Counted from the first letter of the stretch, positions 35,791 to 49,100 are shown. The stretch: DNA of 64,000 nucleotides from Schmidtea polychroa (GCA_044892525.1 CM097885.1:185442001-185506000); one strand, 5' to 3'. Numbers and translations are program-made. The notes: generated from the sequence alone by a model not told the origin.

Positions 35791-36183
35791 TTTGTACTTC
35801 TTAATTAACAATGACTTTTGTTTTAATTTCTTGTTTGTTTTCTTTTATTTGATTTATCTTTCTCATTTCTCATTTTTTTACTTCTGTTTTCTTCTCCGAG
35901 TTCCAATAGATTGTTACGTTTGTCATGACGATCTTCTTCCAGGTAATTGACTTATTTATTATACCTTTTGCTATTTAGGTATTGTTAAGGATACCTAAAT
36001 GATAAATAGCATAATAAATAAATAAATTACCTGGGGAAGATCGTCATGACAAACGGGATGATCTATGGGAACTCAGAAAAGAAAACGGATGTAAAAAGAA
36101 ATTAAAAATGAGAAGGATAAGTCAAATAAAAGAAAACAAACAAGAAATTAAAACAAAGGTCATTGTTAATTAATAAGTACAAA
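35791..36183. repeat. Long imperfect palindrome (arms ~190 bp, 8-nt loop at 35983-35990)
   Basis: 35791-35982 is the reverse complement of 35991-36183 with scattered mismatches and indels, e.g. TTTGTCATGACGATCTTC / GAAGATCGTCATGACAAA. Confidence 0.9.
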
Positions 36184-36489
36184 TAAAGGCTCAAAGTGAA
36201 ATTCATTCTCAACATATTTATATATTTACAATTATGTTCAAAAGCCTATAGCTGGATACACCTTTGCAAATAACTATTTTAAATTATTCCACGCAACCTC
36301 CGGAAAAGAAACATTATTACAAACAAAATGACAGATAAATCGCCTTCCCTTTAATTATAATAAATTTGGAAATTAAAATCTTAGAATTAATTTAAAATAA
36401 AATATAACTTAAGAAATCTTGTAATTACTTCGAACCATAATAAATAATCAATTTAAAATGCTAATAAAATATAATAGAACTTTTACAGA

Positions 36490-37443
36490 ATGAGTGACAA
36501 GGACGATTTTGAATCTCTTGAAGACCGAATAAGAACTTTCAATCATTTAATAGAACAGCTTCACTTAATAACCGAAGAGCAAGGAAAAGGATATTCTGAA
36601 TATGAAACCAATCATGACACTAGCACTACGACAACGTCATCAACAGATTCCTCACCATCATCTTCATTTCAAGCGATAGTACGTTTTCGGCAAACATCCG
36701 ATCAATGGGAGGTACCTTTGAGCTCAGACCAAAGACTAAGAATACTCAGTAAAAACCGTCACATGAAGCCACAATTTGAACTCAACGAATGGCAAAAGAA
36801 TACTCCCAAACCTCCATTATTGACAATTGAAGAAGAAAAGAATGAAACGATATTTGATCAGAATCCTGTTTCTTCAGTTGCCAACAACGATAAAATTATT
36901 ATTTCGAAAACAATGGAAATTCTATCTAGAATTTCTATTTCCAATAACATCAAAATTGAGGAATCTCTATCAGAAAAGTATCTAAACGAGCAAATCAAAG
37001 AGAATTCCACAAATACAGTTTCAGAAAATGAATTCTCTCAAGAAAGCCCAAATGAAAATTTGCAAATCGAGACCCGGATAGAGAATGAGATGGATTCCGC
37101 AATGCCACTTTCGGATCATCGCAGTATCCAAAAACTCTATAAAACAAAAGAAGTAATCAAAAAGATTTCTGAGAAAGATTTCATTATGATGCTTTTAAGT
37201 AATATTTTGAAAACAACTGTTTCACATTTTCTGTCCGCAAAAATTATTCCTTTCTCCCTAATTTGGAACTGCCGGAACTATCGCAAGAAACAACGATCGA
37301 TAAAATGGAACCAATTGATAAATTCCCCCCTGAATCCACTTTTTTATAGTGGAAAAATTAATTCTTCACATTTGAAATGGAATTTCTGTAAATATAAATG
37401 TTTATATGATAGAAATAGAAGAAATTGTCTGAAAGCGATTTAA
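36490..37443 (+). CDS. Orphan 317-aa ORF with a Ser/Thr/Glu-rich N-terminal half; possibly a retroelement ORF remnant
   Basis: Long uninterrupted frame in AT-rich DNA; no motif recognised. Confidence 0.35.
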   Translation: MSDKDDFESLEDRIRTFNHLIEQLHLITEEQGKGYSEYETNHDTSTTTTSSTDSSPSSSFQAIVRFRQTSDQWEVPLSSDQRLRILSKNRHMKPQFELNEWQKNTPKPPLLTIEEEKNETIFDQNPVSSVANNDKIIISKTMEILSRISISNNIKIEESLSEKYLNEQIKENSTNTVSENEFSQESPNENLQIETRIENEMDSAMPLSDHRSIQKLYKTKEVIKKISEKDFIMMLLSNILKTTVSHFLSAKIIPFSLIWNCRNYRKKQRSIKWNQLINSPLNPLFYSGKINSSHLKWNFCKYKCLYDRNRRNCLKAI

Positions 37444-38679
37444 TTCAAGCATGAAATTAAATGAAACTAATCGATCAAAATCTTTGTAGAACTTCTCTCA
37501 AAAAAATACAACATCGATATAGATAGAGCTGCTTTAATTGGTTTTGTTTTAATAATAAGATGGGGCTTACCGGAACTTTCAACGAGAAACCAGGAAATCT
37601 TTTCAAATAAACAGATTTTTATAGAAATTTTCATATATTATACAGGGGTGTTCAGCCTTTTCAAGCAATTGGAATCTTTTGTTGGGAGACTTAAGGGTAA
37701 GACCTGAGAAGAGTCTATGGCATTGAGGCAGGTCATCCACTCTCAAGGCAATCACATGATGGTACTGTATACAGTGATTGAGTGTGAGCAAACAAATGAG
37801 CTTCGTTACCAACATACTATTTCCTTGACACCCATCTATAATTCTGAACTGTCGATGGAAGGGTTTCGTCTATGGTTAACTCTTTTCTTTAGGCGTGACG
37901 TATTTACGCTATCCTAATTTCTTTTCGGCTATTTAAGACAACAATGCGTAATTATACTTCACAATCAACATAATAATGTCAATAAAAATGAGACAGAAAA
38001 CAATTAATTCGAGATTAAATTCATAAGATAGTACAATTAGTAACATCAAGAAAGTGTTGCTTTTCAAGGAGTTGTCAGTAGTTCACCCAGCTCGAAAAAT
38101 ATATCTTCATCTATAATAAAAATCAAATTTTATTGTATTACAAAGGCCACTCGGGCGTAAGGGGAGATGTTCTCGAGCCTTATGCTTTCTGAATCTTCTA
38201 ATTTGAATTCTTTGAACGCTGTGCTGGAGCTCAAGCGTTAAACGTGGNNNNNNNNNNNNNNNNNNNNNNNNNNNNNNNNNNNNNNNNNNNNNNNNNNNNN
38301 NNNNNNNNNNNNNNNNNNNNNNNNNNNNNNNNNNNNNNNNNNNNNNNNNNNNNNNNNNNNNNNNNNNNNNNNNNNNNNNNNNNNNNNNNNNNNNNNNNNN
38401 NNNGCAATTATTGTAATAGTCAATTTTACGATGACTGTCACAGTGTAATGGAAAAGGAGAAAGGTGATTTGTGGTGGTGGTTAATGGCTAGAAGGCAGTA
38501 GTGGTGAAGGGTAATGATAAACATGCTACTAGCGACGTATAAATAAACGATATAAATTAGACATAAGACAAAGCCAATAAACAATAACGAAAAAAAGAAA
38601 AAAAATGGACATAGTTTTGTCCGGACCATAGACCAAATACAAAGGCCAGTGAAGTGTATTCTTGTATGGATAGGCAAAG

Positions 38680-39065
38680 TATTGGACGTGTCTTCAGTTA
38701 CGTGATTGGATTGATTAGGGTTACTTGGATGTTCAGATGAGGATGATTGAAACTGAGTTAGGATGTTGGAATGTAGATTTTTAAATCCAGATACTTGAAT
38801 AATGGTGATGCTTTGATGTTTGATTGGATGGTGAAGCTTGGGCGTTTGATTGGATGGATGAATTTGGATGTTTGATTGGATGATGAAGCATGGATGTTTA
38901 AATGAAAGGTGAGGCTTTTAACTGGTGATGTTTAATTGGTGATGCTTGGATGTTTAACCGGTGATGTTTTTGGATGTTTAACTGGTTGCTTGGTGCTATA
39001 AAATAGAACACTAGGGCAGGATGCGGATGATGATTCTTTGGTTGGTGTGTGGGTGGGGCTTGATG
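38680..39065. repeat. Degenerate short-unit tandem repeat (GATGTTT(A/G)A(C/T)TGG-like) next to masked tracts
   Basis: Recurring tggatgtttaactggt / gatgtttgattggatg motifs. Confidence 0.6.
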
Positions 39066-39412
39066 NNNNNNNNNNNNNNNNNNNNNNNNNNNNNNNNNNN
39101 NNNNNNNNNNNNNNNNNNNNNNNNNNNNNNNNNNNNNNNNNNNNNNNNNNNNNNNNNNNNNNNNNNNNNNNNNNNNNNNNNNNNNNNNNNNNNNNNNNNN
39201 NNNNNNNNNNNNNNNNNNNNNNNNNNNNNNNNNNNNNNNNNNNNNNNNNNNNNNNNNNNNNNNNNNNNNNNNNNNNNNNNNNNNNNNNNNNNNNNNNNNN
39301 NTTCAATTATTATCCTTAATATTATTATAATAACTATCACATATTTATTATTATTACTATTCTAACTATTATTATTAATTAATTTTATTATTCAGGTTCC
39401 TATTATAATTAT

Positions 39413-42400
39413 TGTAAGGAGTTAGTAAACCCCTATATAGAATTATTATGGTTAAATGGTAGAAGTGAGATCAGTTAGTAGAAATAATTATTTCTGTTAA
39501 ATTTTTATATTTAAATTCTATATTAAATTATATCATATTATATTATATTATATTAAATTTAATCAATTAAATGTATGACCAGTAATTACATTAATATTAT
39601 TAATTATCACGCCTCAGTGTTTAAAAACGCTAGTAAACGAGATAGATTTGAAGTTGTTATAAAAAATAAATGCTTGAAGAAGATTTGAATTTAATTGCGT
39701 CTAACATGGCGACCACGACCACTGGTTTATTGATAAGCAGACTATTACCTGAGAAATTTCACAGAGGCGATGATCTAGAAAATTTTATCAAGGATTGTCA
39801 AAGATTTTTTGGCGCGACACAAACAACAATTAGGATGCAAGTAATATTAACTACAACATTACTTGACAGATCGCAAATGGAAGATTATGAAGCAGCTGAA
39901 GGAAAAACTATGGAAGAGAAACTTCGATGTGCATTTTCGAAACCGACATCATGATCTAAAAGAAGCTTTGAGTTATGAACAAGGATTAGATTCAGCAGAA
40001 ACTTTTATAGAGAAAATTAAAAAGATGACAAAGAAATTAATAGCGCACAAATGAGATGAAGAAGAAATAGAAAAAAGCGACAATAAAGAAATTAGAAAAG
40101 GTAAACAAAATTATGGGTCATATTAATGTTGTGAAGACTTCACCGGTTGTTCAAAACTACAGAAGCTACAGAGATGTTGCTCAAAGAGGAATGGTAAACA
40201 GAAATAATACTTTCAAGCAGCGAAACGTCAGTAACCGACAATTGGAATGCTGGACATGCAAGAAAACTGGTCATATTAGTCGAGAATGTCAAATGAAAAA
40301 GAAAATGACGTGTTTTGCATGCGGAGTTGAAGGCCACATACGGCGAGAATGTTCAACGATTCAATGCCAAAGATGTCACTTACGTGGACACAAGGAGATT
40401 GACTGCTATACAAATTTGGAAAGAAGGAAGTTTCAAACTAATTCAAACATGAGAAACAATATTTATTATGCCCATCGAACCACAAGCTTTAAACAACAGA
40501 TCAACAATCCAGGAAGAACAATTGCAACAATTGAAGCTAATGATGAGACAATGCCACTGGAGTATTCAGATGATGCAGAAGACAAATATGAAGATATCAA
40601 CACGGGAGGCAATGATCGGAGCAATATACTAGGTAATTTTGATATTGATGTAAATATTGGTCATAAAAATTTGATAATGTAAATAATCCGTATATATATA
40701 ATAATGTAGAACCTTTATGTAATAAAATTTGTAATTTTAGAAAGTTTCCTTTAAATAATTTTAAATGTTGTAGTTATTTTAATGCCGATCGATCTTTAAT
40801 AAATAATAATAATAATCCTAAGAATCAAGAAGAGTATAATCAAATTAAAGAAGCAGAATATAATAAAATAGTAAATGAAAAAGTTTATAAATTTATTAAA
40901 AAGGCAGAAGATAAATTAGAGAGAAATGAAATTGGGTGGATTAATGAAATATCAGAGGAGCAAAATATTTTCACTAAAGATGAATGGAAACGACCGAAAC
41001 TGAGTTATGACAAAATGCAAGGTACAACCGAGTACAACTCTTGAAATTCAGGGCTATAGAATGGAATGCTTACTAGATTCAGGAGCAAGAGTAAATGTAA
41101 TGGCAGAAGCAGTTGTGGACAAATTAGTAAATGTGAAAATCATAAAAACAGATGAGATGTTAAGATGTGCAAATGATAGTAAATTAGAGAAAATCGGAAA
41201 AATATATATTGATGTTAGAATTGGTAATATGGAAAGGAAAATAACATTTATTAAAAATATTGTTCCAGATATAATAGGCGGAGTGGAATTGCAGAAAGAG
41301 TTTGGAATTGAATTAAATTACATCAAGCAAAATGAAGAAGGATATAATGAATTTGTGTGTGAAATAGAAGGTAGATTTGGGGAAAAGATTACAGATAACG
41401 AGAGATGCCAAAAAGCAATAGAAATTCTAAGTTTAAACGAAAATAAATGACTGTTAGAGATTGTTAAAAACAATAAAAGTGTTTTTATGGCTAATAACTG
41501 AGATATTGGATGTACTGATTTAATTGCACATAAAATCATCACAAAAGAAGGGCCAATTATGATAAAACCCAGAAAACAACCATATGTGGAAGCAATAGTG
41601 AAAATAAAATCTGGACTGAGGAATGTGAGAAAGCTTTCGAAGAAATGAAAATGGCGTTGACTACAGCGCCAATTCTCGTATTTCCAGATTTCAAGAAAGA
41701 ATTCATATTAGATACAGACGCAAGCTTTGATACAATTGGAGCTGTATTATCACAAAGAGATGAAATGGGGCATGAACACGTTATTGCATATGGATCCCAT
41801 GCAATGAGTAGCCATAAAAGAGGATATTGTATAACACGAAAAGAGCTTTTGGCTATATATTATTTCTGTCGCCATTTCAACCATTATTTATATGGTAAAC
41901 GGTTTGTTTTGCGCACTGATCATAAAGCAAGAACTTTTATGTTAACGACAAAGAAGCCTATAACAGCACAGTTCCAAACGTGGATAAATTACTTGAGCAG
42001 TTTAGTCATAAAAATGGAGTTCAGAAATGGTACGGCGCATACGAATGCAGATATGCTGTCTGCAAATGCGGCAAATGTGTACAATGTTTGATGGACCATG
42101 ATAACCCTAAATCAGGGCGATTAAAAACGAGATTGTTAACATTGATGACCGAAAATAATGGAAATGAATGGCAAAGAGATAATGTAGAAATACAAGATAT
42201 AAAAGATCAAATAAATGAAAGGAAAAATAATAAATATATGTTAAAAGGAAATATTATCCATACCAATCAAAACAAAATATCGATACCAGAAACAAAAAGA
42301 CGAGAAATAATTGAGGAAACACATTTATTATTATGCCACGCAGGAGTAGAAAAAGTTATGAAATATATTAGGAACAATTTTGATATGGAAGATTTGCTAA

Positions 42401-43010
42401 ATGAGTTAAAAGAGACCATTTCAATATGTGAAGCATGTCAGAAAAACAAAGTTTTAACTACAAAGTCAAAAGAAAAAACTCAAGTAATTCAAGCTTCAGA
42501 ACCTATGGAGAAACTATTGGATATTTACGGTCCATTAAGAGAAACCTTCAGAGGAGAAAAATATATTTGTGCAATAATCGATCATTACAGTAAATACATG
42601 TCTCTAACTCCTATTAGAAAGCAAGATGAAAATACAATAAAGGTAGTTTTGTTAAATAATTGGATATTGAAATTTGGAGCCCCTTAGGAACTACATGTTG
42701 ATTGTGGAAAGAATTTCGAAGCAAATAGTATTAAAGAACTAGCAAAGGCAGCAGGAATTGAGTTGATATTTTCGAGTCCGTATCATCATAATACTAATGG
42801 TGTAATTGAGAGACAATTTCGTACTATAAGAGACTACATTAACGTATCACTCAGAGAAGGAGTTTAAAAAGCTGGGCAAAATTATACCTGATATAGAATA
42901 CGTTTTAAATGCGACAGCTCAAAAAACTACTGGAAAGAATCCAGCAAAAATTATATTTGGAAGAAAGATTAATAGATCGCAATGGCATAGTAATAATGAA
43001 GTGGAAGTCC
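39413..43010 (+). mobile_element. Decayed, 3'-truncated Ty3/Gypsy element (5' LTR ~39413-39706; RT largely deleted)
   Basis: TG...CA block followed by PBS TGGCGACCACG (tRNA-Arg(UCG)-like). Gag with several CCHC knuckles (40113..40682), protease LLDSGA (41007..), RNase H ILDTDAS...ELLAI (41645..), integrase H..C..C and DIYGP...LHVDCG. Many stops and frameshifts; no 3' LTR found. Confidence 0.82.
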
Positions 43011-43029
43011 GTCGAAATATCAAAAGCCA

Positions 43030-43560
43030 TGTTCATGGAAAGAATTTGATCATTCGGGAAATAATCTAGAATACCAGAAAAACCGGTTTTGGAGATTATA
43101 ATAAATCAAACATATTCCAGCAAAACCTTTGCAATTTAAACTAAAATTCCACATCGATTCAGGCACCGAAGTGAGTTTGGTACCAGTCAAGTTATTCGCA
43201 TCAGATTACGATAGTTTATCAAACAGACTTGAAACAGCAAATAAAACAAATATCCGTGTATACCAAAAGAAGATAAAATTTAAAATCGATGACTTGGAAG
43301 GAATCTTCGCATGTAACTTCACAGTACTTGATATTAACAGAGATATTGGTGGTGTCGACTTCTTTGTCTATTACAAGATCGTGATCTGCTGCAATGGTGC
43401 TCAGATCAATGGAGGAAATGAAATATCAATGGGAGATTTCAAAAAACAAATCTCCAATAACTCCGAAGAAGTATCTCTAATGATAGAAACATCTCGACCA
43501 TCTATTGCACATTGAGTTCTGTAACATGAAGGTACAATTATTGGCACGCCCTGACAAGAA
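43030..43560 (+). mobile_element. Fragment of a different Gypsy-type element (aspartic protease region)
   Basis: FHIDSGTEVSLVP retropepsin motif in ORF 43129..43515. Confidence 0.55.
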
Positions 43561-44879
43561 TTTGACAAGTTTTTAGAGAAAAATACTTTTTCGTCCAAGT
43601 AAAAGCAATATGGCATAGTTCATTGTTGTAAGATGTATTTATATAAACCATTCATATTCATAGCATTCATATTTTATTATTTGAATGTTGTGGTATGTTG
43701 AAATTGAATGTTGAAATTGTTCAAAATATTATTTGGATTTGAATTAATTCACCAGAAATGAATTAAGAAAATACTTTGTTTAAATAATATATAATTATTC
43801 ACGACTTTGAATTTATTAATGTCTAAAATTAAACGAATCCTTATAATTGTTAAAAAAGCGATATAACTATCTGCATTGTGTATATAACAAAATCCTCAAT
43901 TCAGTCGCAAAGACAGATAAATATATTTTACTGAGAACTTGCTACAATCTTGATTATATAGGAAACAGCAGAATTTTTTCAACCATATATCTGGAAAAGA
44001 TTACAGTCAAATATAATATGTTATCACTCCTTTTGGTTTATTTGTATATGTCACCATACCAGTTAGACTTCGAAAAACAACGTAAATATTTTAAAGATAC
44101 AAGGACAATGTTGTTCTATATTTTATATTGGTAAATATTATATCAAACCGAACTCAAATCATAATGCAAGAAATGTCCAGAATTCAAGATTATATATGCT
44201 ACACAATGTATCATCCAGGAAATAACGCAAATATCAGATGAATTATTTTTTGCAGATGAAAAGTTATTATTGAATGTTTTAGAATGAAAATATATTTTCA
44301 AATTTACTTAAAGTTACTTTATTCTCACTATTATCTGCAGACAGATATTTTTAATAAATTTAATTTTTATATGATTTTAATTTAAATAATTTTGAAAATA
44401 GTCGAACACTATAATACTTATATTATATACAGCATCCTAGATTGTCCCTGCAGTTCCAATGACTAGAGTAATTGAGTGACGCCTTGTCTCTTCATTAAAG
44501 TTTCTTTTGTCACCACAGAGCAGCACCTTCTTATTAATATTCTAGTTATAAGAACAAATAAAAACATTTGAATTAAATTATATGTTCACTGTTCTTCAAA
44601 AAACATTTGAACTGCAAAGCGCAAACTCGAACCTGACACCAATTTTTATAATAAAACATGAAATATAACTATACCCATGCTCATGCTACATGTTATACTG
44701 AATCCCTTAAAGAATTTAGTTTGTCCTTTCAGAAATACTAAAAAAGATTCAGTTAGATATCTTGTTGTTTTAATAATTAGGATTTTGCGGTTTTTGTGAA
44801 TTAATTAAAACTTGTTATTTATAAATTCTTTGATTAAATATATATTGTTAGTTTCAAGATTTTTCTTGCAAATTTAAAG

Positions 44880-46175
44880 ATGGATTTCACTGGCGACCAC
44901 GCCGAAAATCAAAATATCAACGCCATTTCGAAATCGACAAAATCGCTAATGGAATGCCTACCGAAATCATGCCAAGACATGCTCACACTGAACATCAGAC
45001 GATATGATGGACGAGGTTTAAAAGAAGCCGAAGAATGGATCAGAGATATAGAAGAATGGTTTCTGACAAATGGACAGCAATTGACAAGCACTTTCGATGT
45101 GTTATTAGTGGCAGAAGCAAAGACATTGTGGGGAAACGTCAGAGAAACAGAAACAACAGATGTAAAAGCCAAAGCGTGGTTCTTAAATACGTTCACAATT
45201 ACAAAATCTATAACTGACAAAATCAGAGAATTGGCAGCTATGGAACAGGAAGATGATGAAAGGTTTGCAGCTTTTGAGATACGGCTAAGAAAAGCTTTAG
45301 CTGAAGTTGTAAATTCAGGACGATCAGAAGAAGATATTGTTCAAGACCTCATCGCAAATAAAGCACGCGATGCGAGACTGCGGGAGATACTATTGACGAA
45401 ACCAGAAACAAAAATTGAAGAAACGAGATCATTGGCGAAAACTTTTGAAAGTAACAAAAATGGAAACCATAAAACAAAATTTGTTAAAGCAATCGGTCAA
45501 AGAACATACGCTAGCGTGACTGAGGGAGGGCAGATGAGAATTCAACAGAATACCCAAAATCCCATGCCTACATCACCACAAAGAAGGCAATCAGAAGACC
45601 GATTTAGTCACCACAGATCAAAAAGAGACGAATATCCTATACGCGGACCAATACAATATGAAGGAAATAACCATGGTCGTCGAGAACAACCTCCAAGAGA
45701 ACAATTCTTGAGAAATGCGAGAATCCCGAATAGCTCAGAAAGGAAGCTGCCAACAATATCCATGAAGAATATAGCAAGGAGGCTGTACAACGAAAGTAGA
45801 GGACTACCACAAGCATCGGTCCCAAAATTAATGGTAGGTGATTGTTTTTGCTGTGGCGAAAAGGGACACAGAAGGTATGAGTGTCCACTGGGAAATAAAT
45901 GCCTGATATGTGGCAAGGAAGGTCACGGTTTCCGAGATTGTTTTTCGTTACGGAAAGAGGTTCCACACCGATATCAAAGGATAGCGTGCATAGAAGAAGA
46001 ATATTCAAAATCTGAAAGAAGAGATTACACCGAGAACAGCCAGGATTTCAGAACTGCTCACAGCGACATGGAAGATAGATACAATGTCCCTGAAAAATAT
46101 ACTATATTGAGAGAAGACGGAAAAAACAACAGCGACTCCATGGGTTTCATTTCGTCGGTGGAGTCAAGACAATAA
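44880..46175 (+). CDS. Gag (two CCHC zinc knuckles), intact ORF
   Basis: CFCCGEKGHRRYEC and CLICGKEGHGFRDC; capsid-like N-terminal region. Confidence 0.85.
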   Translation: MDFTGDHAENQNINAISKSTKSLMECLPKSCQDMLTLNIRRYDGRGLKEAEEWIRDIEEWFLTNGQQLTSTFDVLLVAEAKTLWGNVRETETTDVKAKAWFLNTFTITKSITDKIRELAAMEQEDDERFAAFEIRLRKALAEVVNSGRSEEDIVQDLIANKARDARLREILLTKPETKIEETRSLAKTFESNKNGNHKTKFVKAIGQRTYASVTEGGQMRIQQNTQNPMPTSPQRRQSEDRFSHHRSKRDEYPIRGPIQYEGNNHGRREQPPREQFLRNARIPNSSERKLPTISMKNIARRLYNESRGLPQASVPKLMVGDCFCCGEKGHRRYECPLGNKCLICGKEGHGFRDCFSLRKEVPHRYQRIACIEEEYSKSERRDYTENSQDFRTAHSDMEDRYNVPEKYTILREDGKNNSDSMGFISSVESRQ

Positions 46176-46195
46176 ATTGTGAAATAGGAAATGAA
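46121..46195 (+). promoter_or_regulatory. -1 programmed ribosomal frameshift signal (A AAA AAC plus stem-loop or pseudoknot)
   Basis: Heptamer at 46121-46127 in X XXY YYZ phase with gag, then a 6-nt spacer and stem GACTCCA (46134-46140) / TGGAGTC (46159-46165). Loop TTCATTTC (46146-46153) can pair with GAAATGAA (46188-46195). The -1 frame is open into pol. Confidence 0.75.
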
Positions 46196-49100
46196 CGACG
46201 AAGAGACGAGGCAGAAGAAGAGATGTACCAGACGAAAGATGGAAGAAATTGGAGTAAAATAATGGTGAATAATACCGAAACACAGATGTTATGGGATTCT
46301 GGAGCATCAGTAACAGTCATGAGCAAGAGTTTGTGGGAGAAAATAGGTAAACCAGAACTTAAACGTAGTATGATATTATTGTGCGGAGTTTTTTCAACTG
46401 GAGGTGAAGAAGCAATGGGATACATGACTATACCGGCCACATGGAATCAGAAGACCAAAATAATCACAGTAGTAGTGGTAAAAGAGATCAAACCAGAATT
46501 CATAGGGGGCATTGATACAATGAAAGAGTTTGGAGTAAAGTTAGTGAAAATCAATAATATAGAAACGTCATTTATAAACAAAATTTACACTGATGAAGAA
46601 AGAATAAATAAAGCACTAGTGGCGATGGCAGGTGACAATAATAAAGATATTGAAGGAATGATTAGGGAATACGGTGGAATTTTTATGGCATCGAAATTCG
46701 ATCTGGGATTTACAAACTTAGTTCGACATGAGATGCGGATAACAGGAGGCCCAATAATGCAACATCCTCGACGTCAGCCAATGCACATGGAGAAAAGGAT
46801 TGAAGAACTGATAAAAGAGTTAATGAAAGCAAATGTTATTCGATGTTGCAAGAGTCCTTGGAATGCCCCGTTAGTTATAGTAGGGAAGAAAGATGGATCT
46901 ATCAGGATGTGTGTAGATTATCGTGGATTAAATTCCATAACAGAAAAAGAGTCATTTCCTATGCCTAACACCAAATTCTTACTAGACTGTCTCGCGAATG
47001 CAAAAGTATTTTCGTCAATCGATTTAGGTCAGGCGTATTATCAAATGGAGTTGGCTCCAGAAATTCAAGAAATGACTGCATTCAGTACAAGAGAAGGACA
47101 ATTTTGCTTCAATAGACTACCGTTTGGCTTAGCAACAGCTCCTGCGACATTCCAGAGACTGATGCACACAGTGCTAGAAAAAATGCTATTCAAGGGAGTA
47201 GTAGTTTATCTAGATGATATCTTGGTATATGGTAAAAGTCAAAAAGACCACGATGAGCTATTAAGGGAAATATTCAGAAGAATTAAATTGGCAGGACTGA
47301 AGATAAATCCAGAAAAATGCAAATTCAATAAAACAGAATTGTGTTTCCTTGGTCACACAATTAACGAGAAGGGTATCCAGACAAACAGGAAGAAAGTGGA
47401 AGAGATCGAGAAAGCAGAAGTACCAAAATGTTCAAAACAATTGAGATCGTTTCTCAGATTAACGACCTACTATAGAAGATTCATCAAAGACTATGCCAAA
47501 ATCGCCGAACCATTATACGCTGCAACATCTGGATGCGATAAAGATATAAATTGGACTAAAGAATGCAATGAGAGCTTCCAAACTCTGAAGAGACGGTTGT
47601 GCGAAGCACCTATCCTTGATTTTCCAAGAGAAGATAGGACTTTTATCTTAGACACAGACGCTAGTTTCGGAGCCATTGGTGCAGTTTTGAGTCAAATTAC
47701 AGAAGATGGAGAAGAATCTGTCATAGCTTATAGCTCGAGACATATGTCATCACACGAAAAGGGATACTGTGTAACCAGGAAAGAACTGCTCGCCGTACAT
47801 GAATACGTCATGCATTTTAGAGAATATCTGTACGGAAAAAAATTCATAATTCGCACCGACCGCAAGGCATTGGTTTTCATGAACACTACAAAAACGCCAA
47901 TCAGTCCGCAATTCCATACATGGTTAGCTAACCTGCCGGAATATGATTTTGAACTAAAATATCGGAAAGGCGAAGAACACTCAAATGCAGATAGACTATC
48001 AAGATTAAATAGTATGGTTTGCACCCAGTGTCAAACATGACATGAAGAAGCTAAGGAANNNNNNNNNNNNNNNNNNNNNNNNNNNNNNNNNNNNNNNNNN
48101 NNNNNNNNNNNNNNNNNNNNNNNNNNNNNNNNNNNNNNNNNNNNNNNNNNNNNNNNNNNNNNNNNNNNNNNNNNNNNNNNNNNNNNNNNNNNNNNNNNNN
48201 NNNNNNNNNNNNNNNNCTATGGAAAAAGTATGGGAACAACAACAAAAGGACATTCGGTTACGAGAGCTGCGAGAGATATTGGAAAATGGATGTACACGGG
48301 AGAAAAAGAATTGTTTTCCTTTTAACGTAAAAAATACACAAATTGATGGAGGATTAATAACAGTAGAAAAGAACAAAAATATCTTAATGTTAGTCCCAGA
48401 AACATTTGCAGGCCTGTTAACTACAACGCTACATGAAGAACTATGTCACATTGGAGTTAAGAAATTATTTCATTATATGGAAAAGATATTTTATTGGCCG
48501 AAAATGCCAGAAACAATCCAATTCTGTTTACAATGTTGCGAGATCTACGCTAAGAGAAAGATCGATCAGACAAGAACCAAGGAAACATTTATTCCTAGAT
48601 ATAGCTCTGAATTCCTAGAACAGATTGTTATAGATGTGGCTTACATGGAAATAAACGCCAAAAAAAATATATGTTAGTAATGGTGGACCGTTTTAGCAAA
48701 CTGATTTCTTTAACTGCAATCACAAAGCAAGACGAAGGGACCATTTTCAAAACAATACTTAATAGTTGGATCTATCGATTTGGAAAACCGAAGAGTATTT
48801 TAACAGATAAAGGCCGAAATTTCGAAGGGAATTTCCTAAGACAGAAGCTACAGAAACTTGGAATCAAACAGGAATTCAGCTCACCTTACCAGCACCAATC
48901 AAATGGTTTAGCCGAAAGAGCCATACGAACGATAAGAGATCTTATTACAGCAACATTGGCAGGCGGATGTGAAGAGAGAAACTGGCACGAACTTCTACCC
49001 AGAATAGAGTTCACTATAAATAGCAGTCGACAAAGTGCTACAGGTTTATCACCATTTAAGATAATTTATGGACGGAGTGTTAACCTACACTCTAACCTGA

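Noticed and set aside
37600-37920. Coding-like GC-richer stretch, possibly a SWIM/MULE remnant.
   Set aside because: No frame gives a convincing motif.
4520-41501. In-frame stops repeatedly fall at probable Trp positions (TAG 4520 and 17203; TGA 16347, 40052, 41499), and TAA at probable Gln/Glu positions, suggesting an alternative genetic code.
   Set aside because: All three stop types are involved, TGG is used for Trp throughout, and intact genes end in TAA. The same elements also have frameshifts. TGG and CAA are one transition from a stop, so ordinary decay explains it.
43840-44540. Short ORFs (43847..44134 and neighbours) as a host gene.
   Set aside because: No recognisable domain and no consistent splice pattern.
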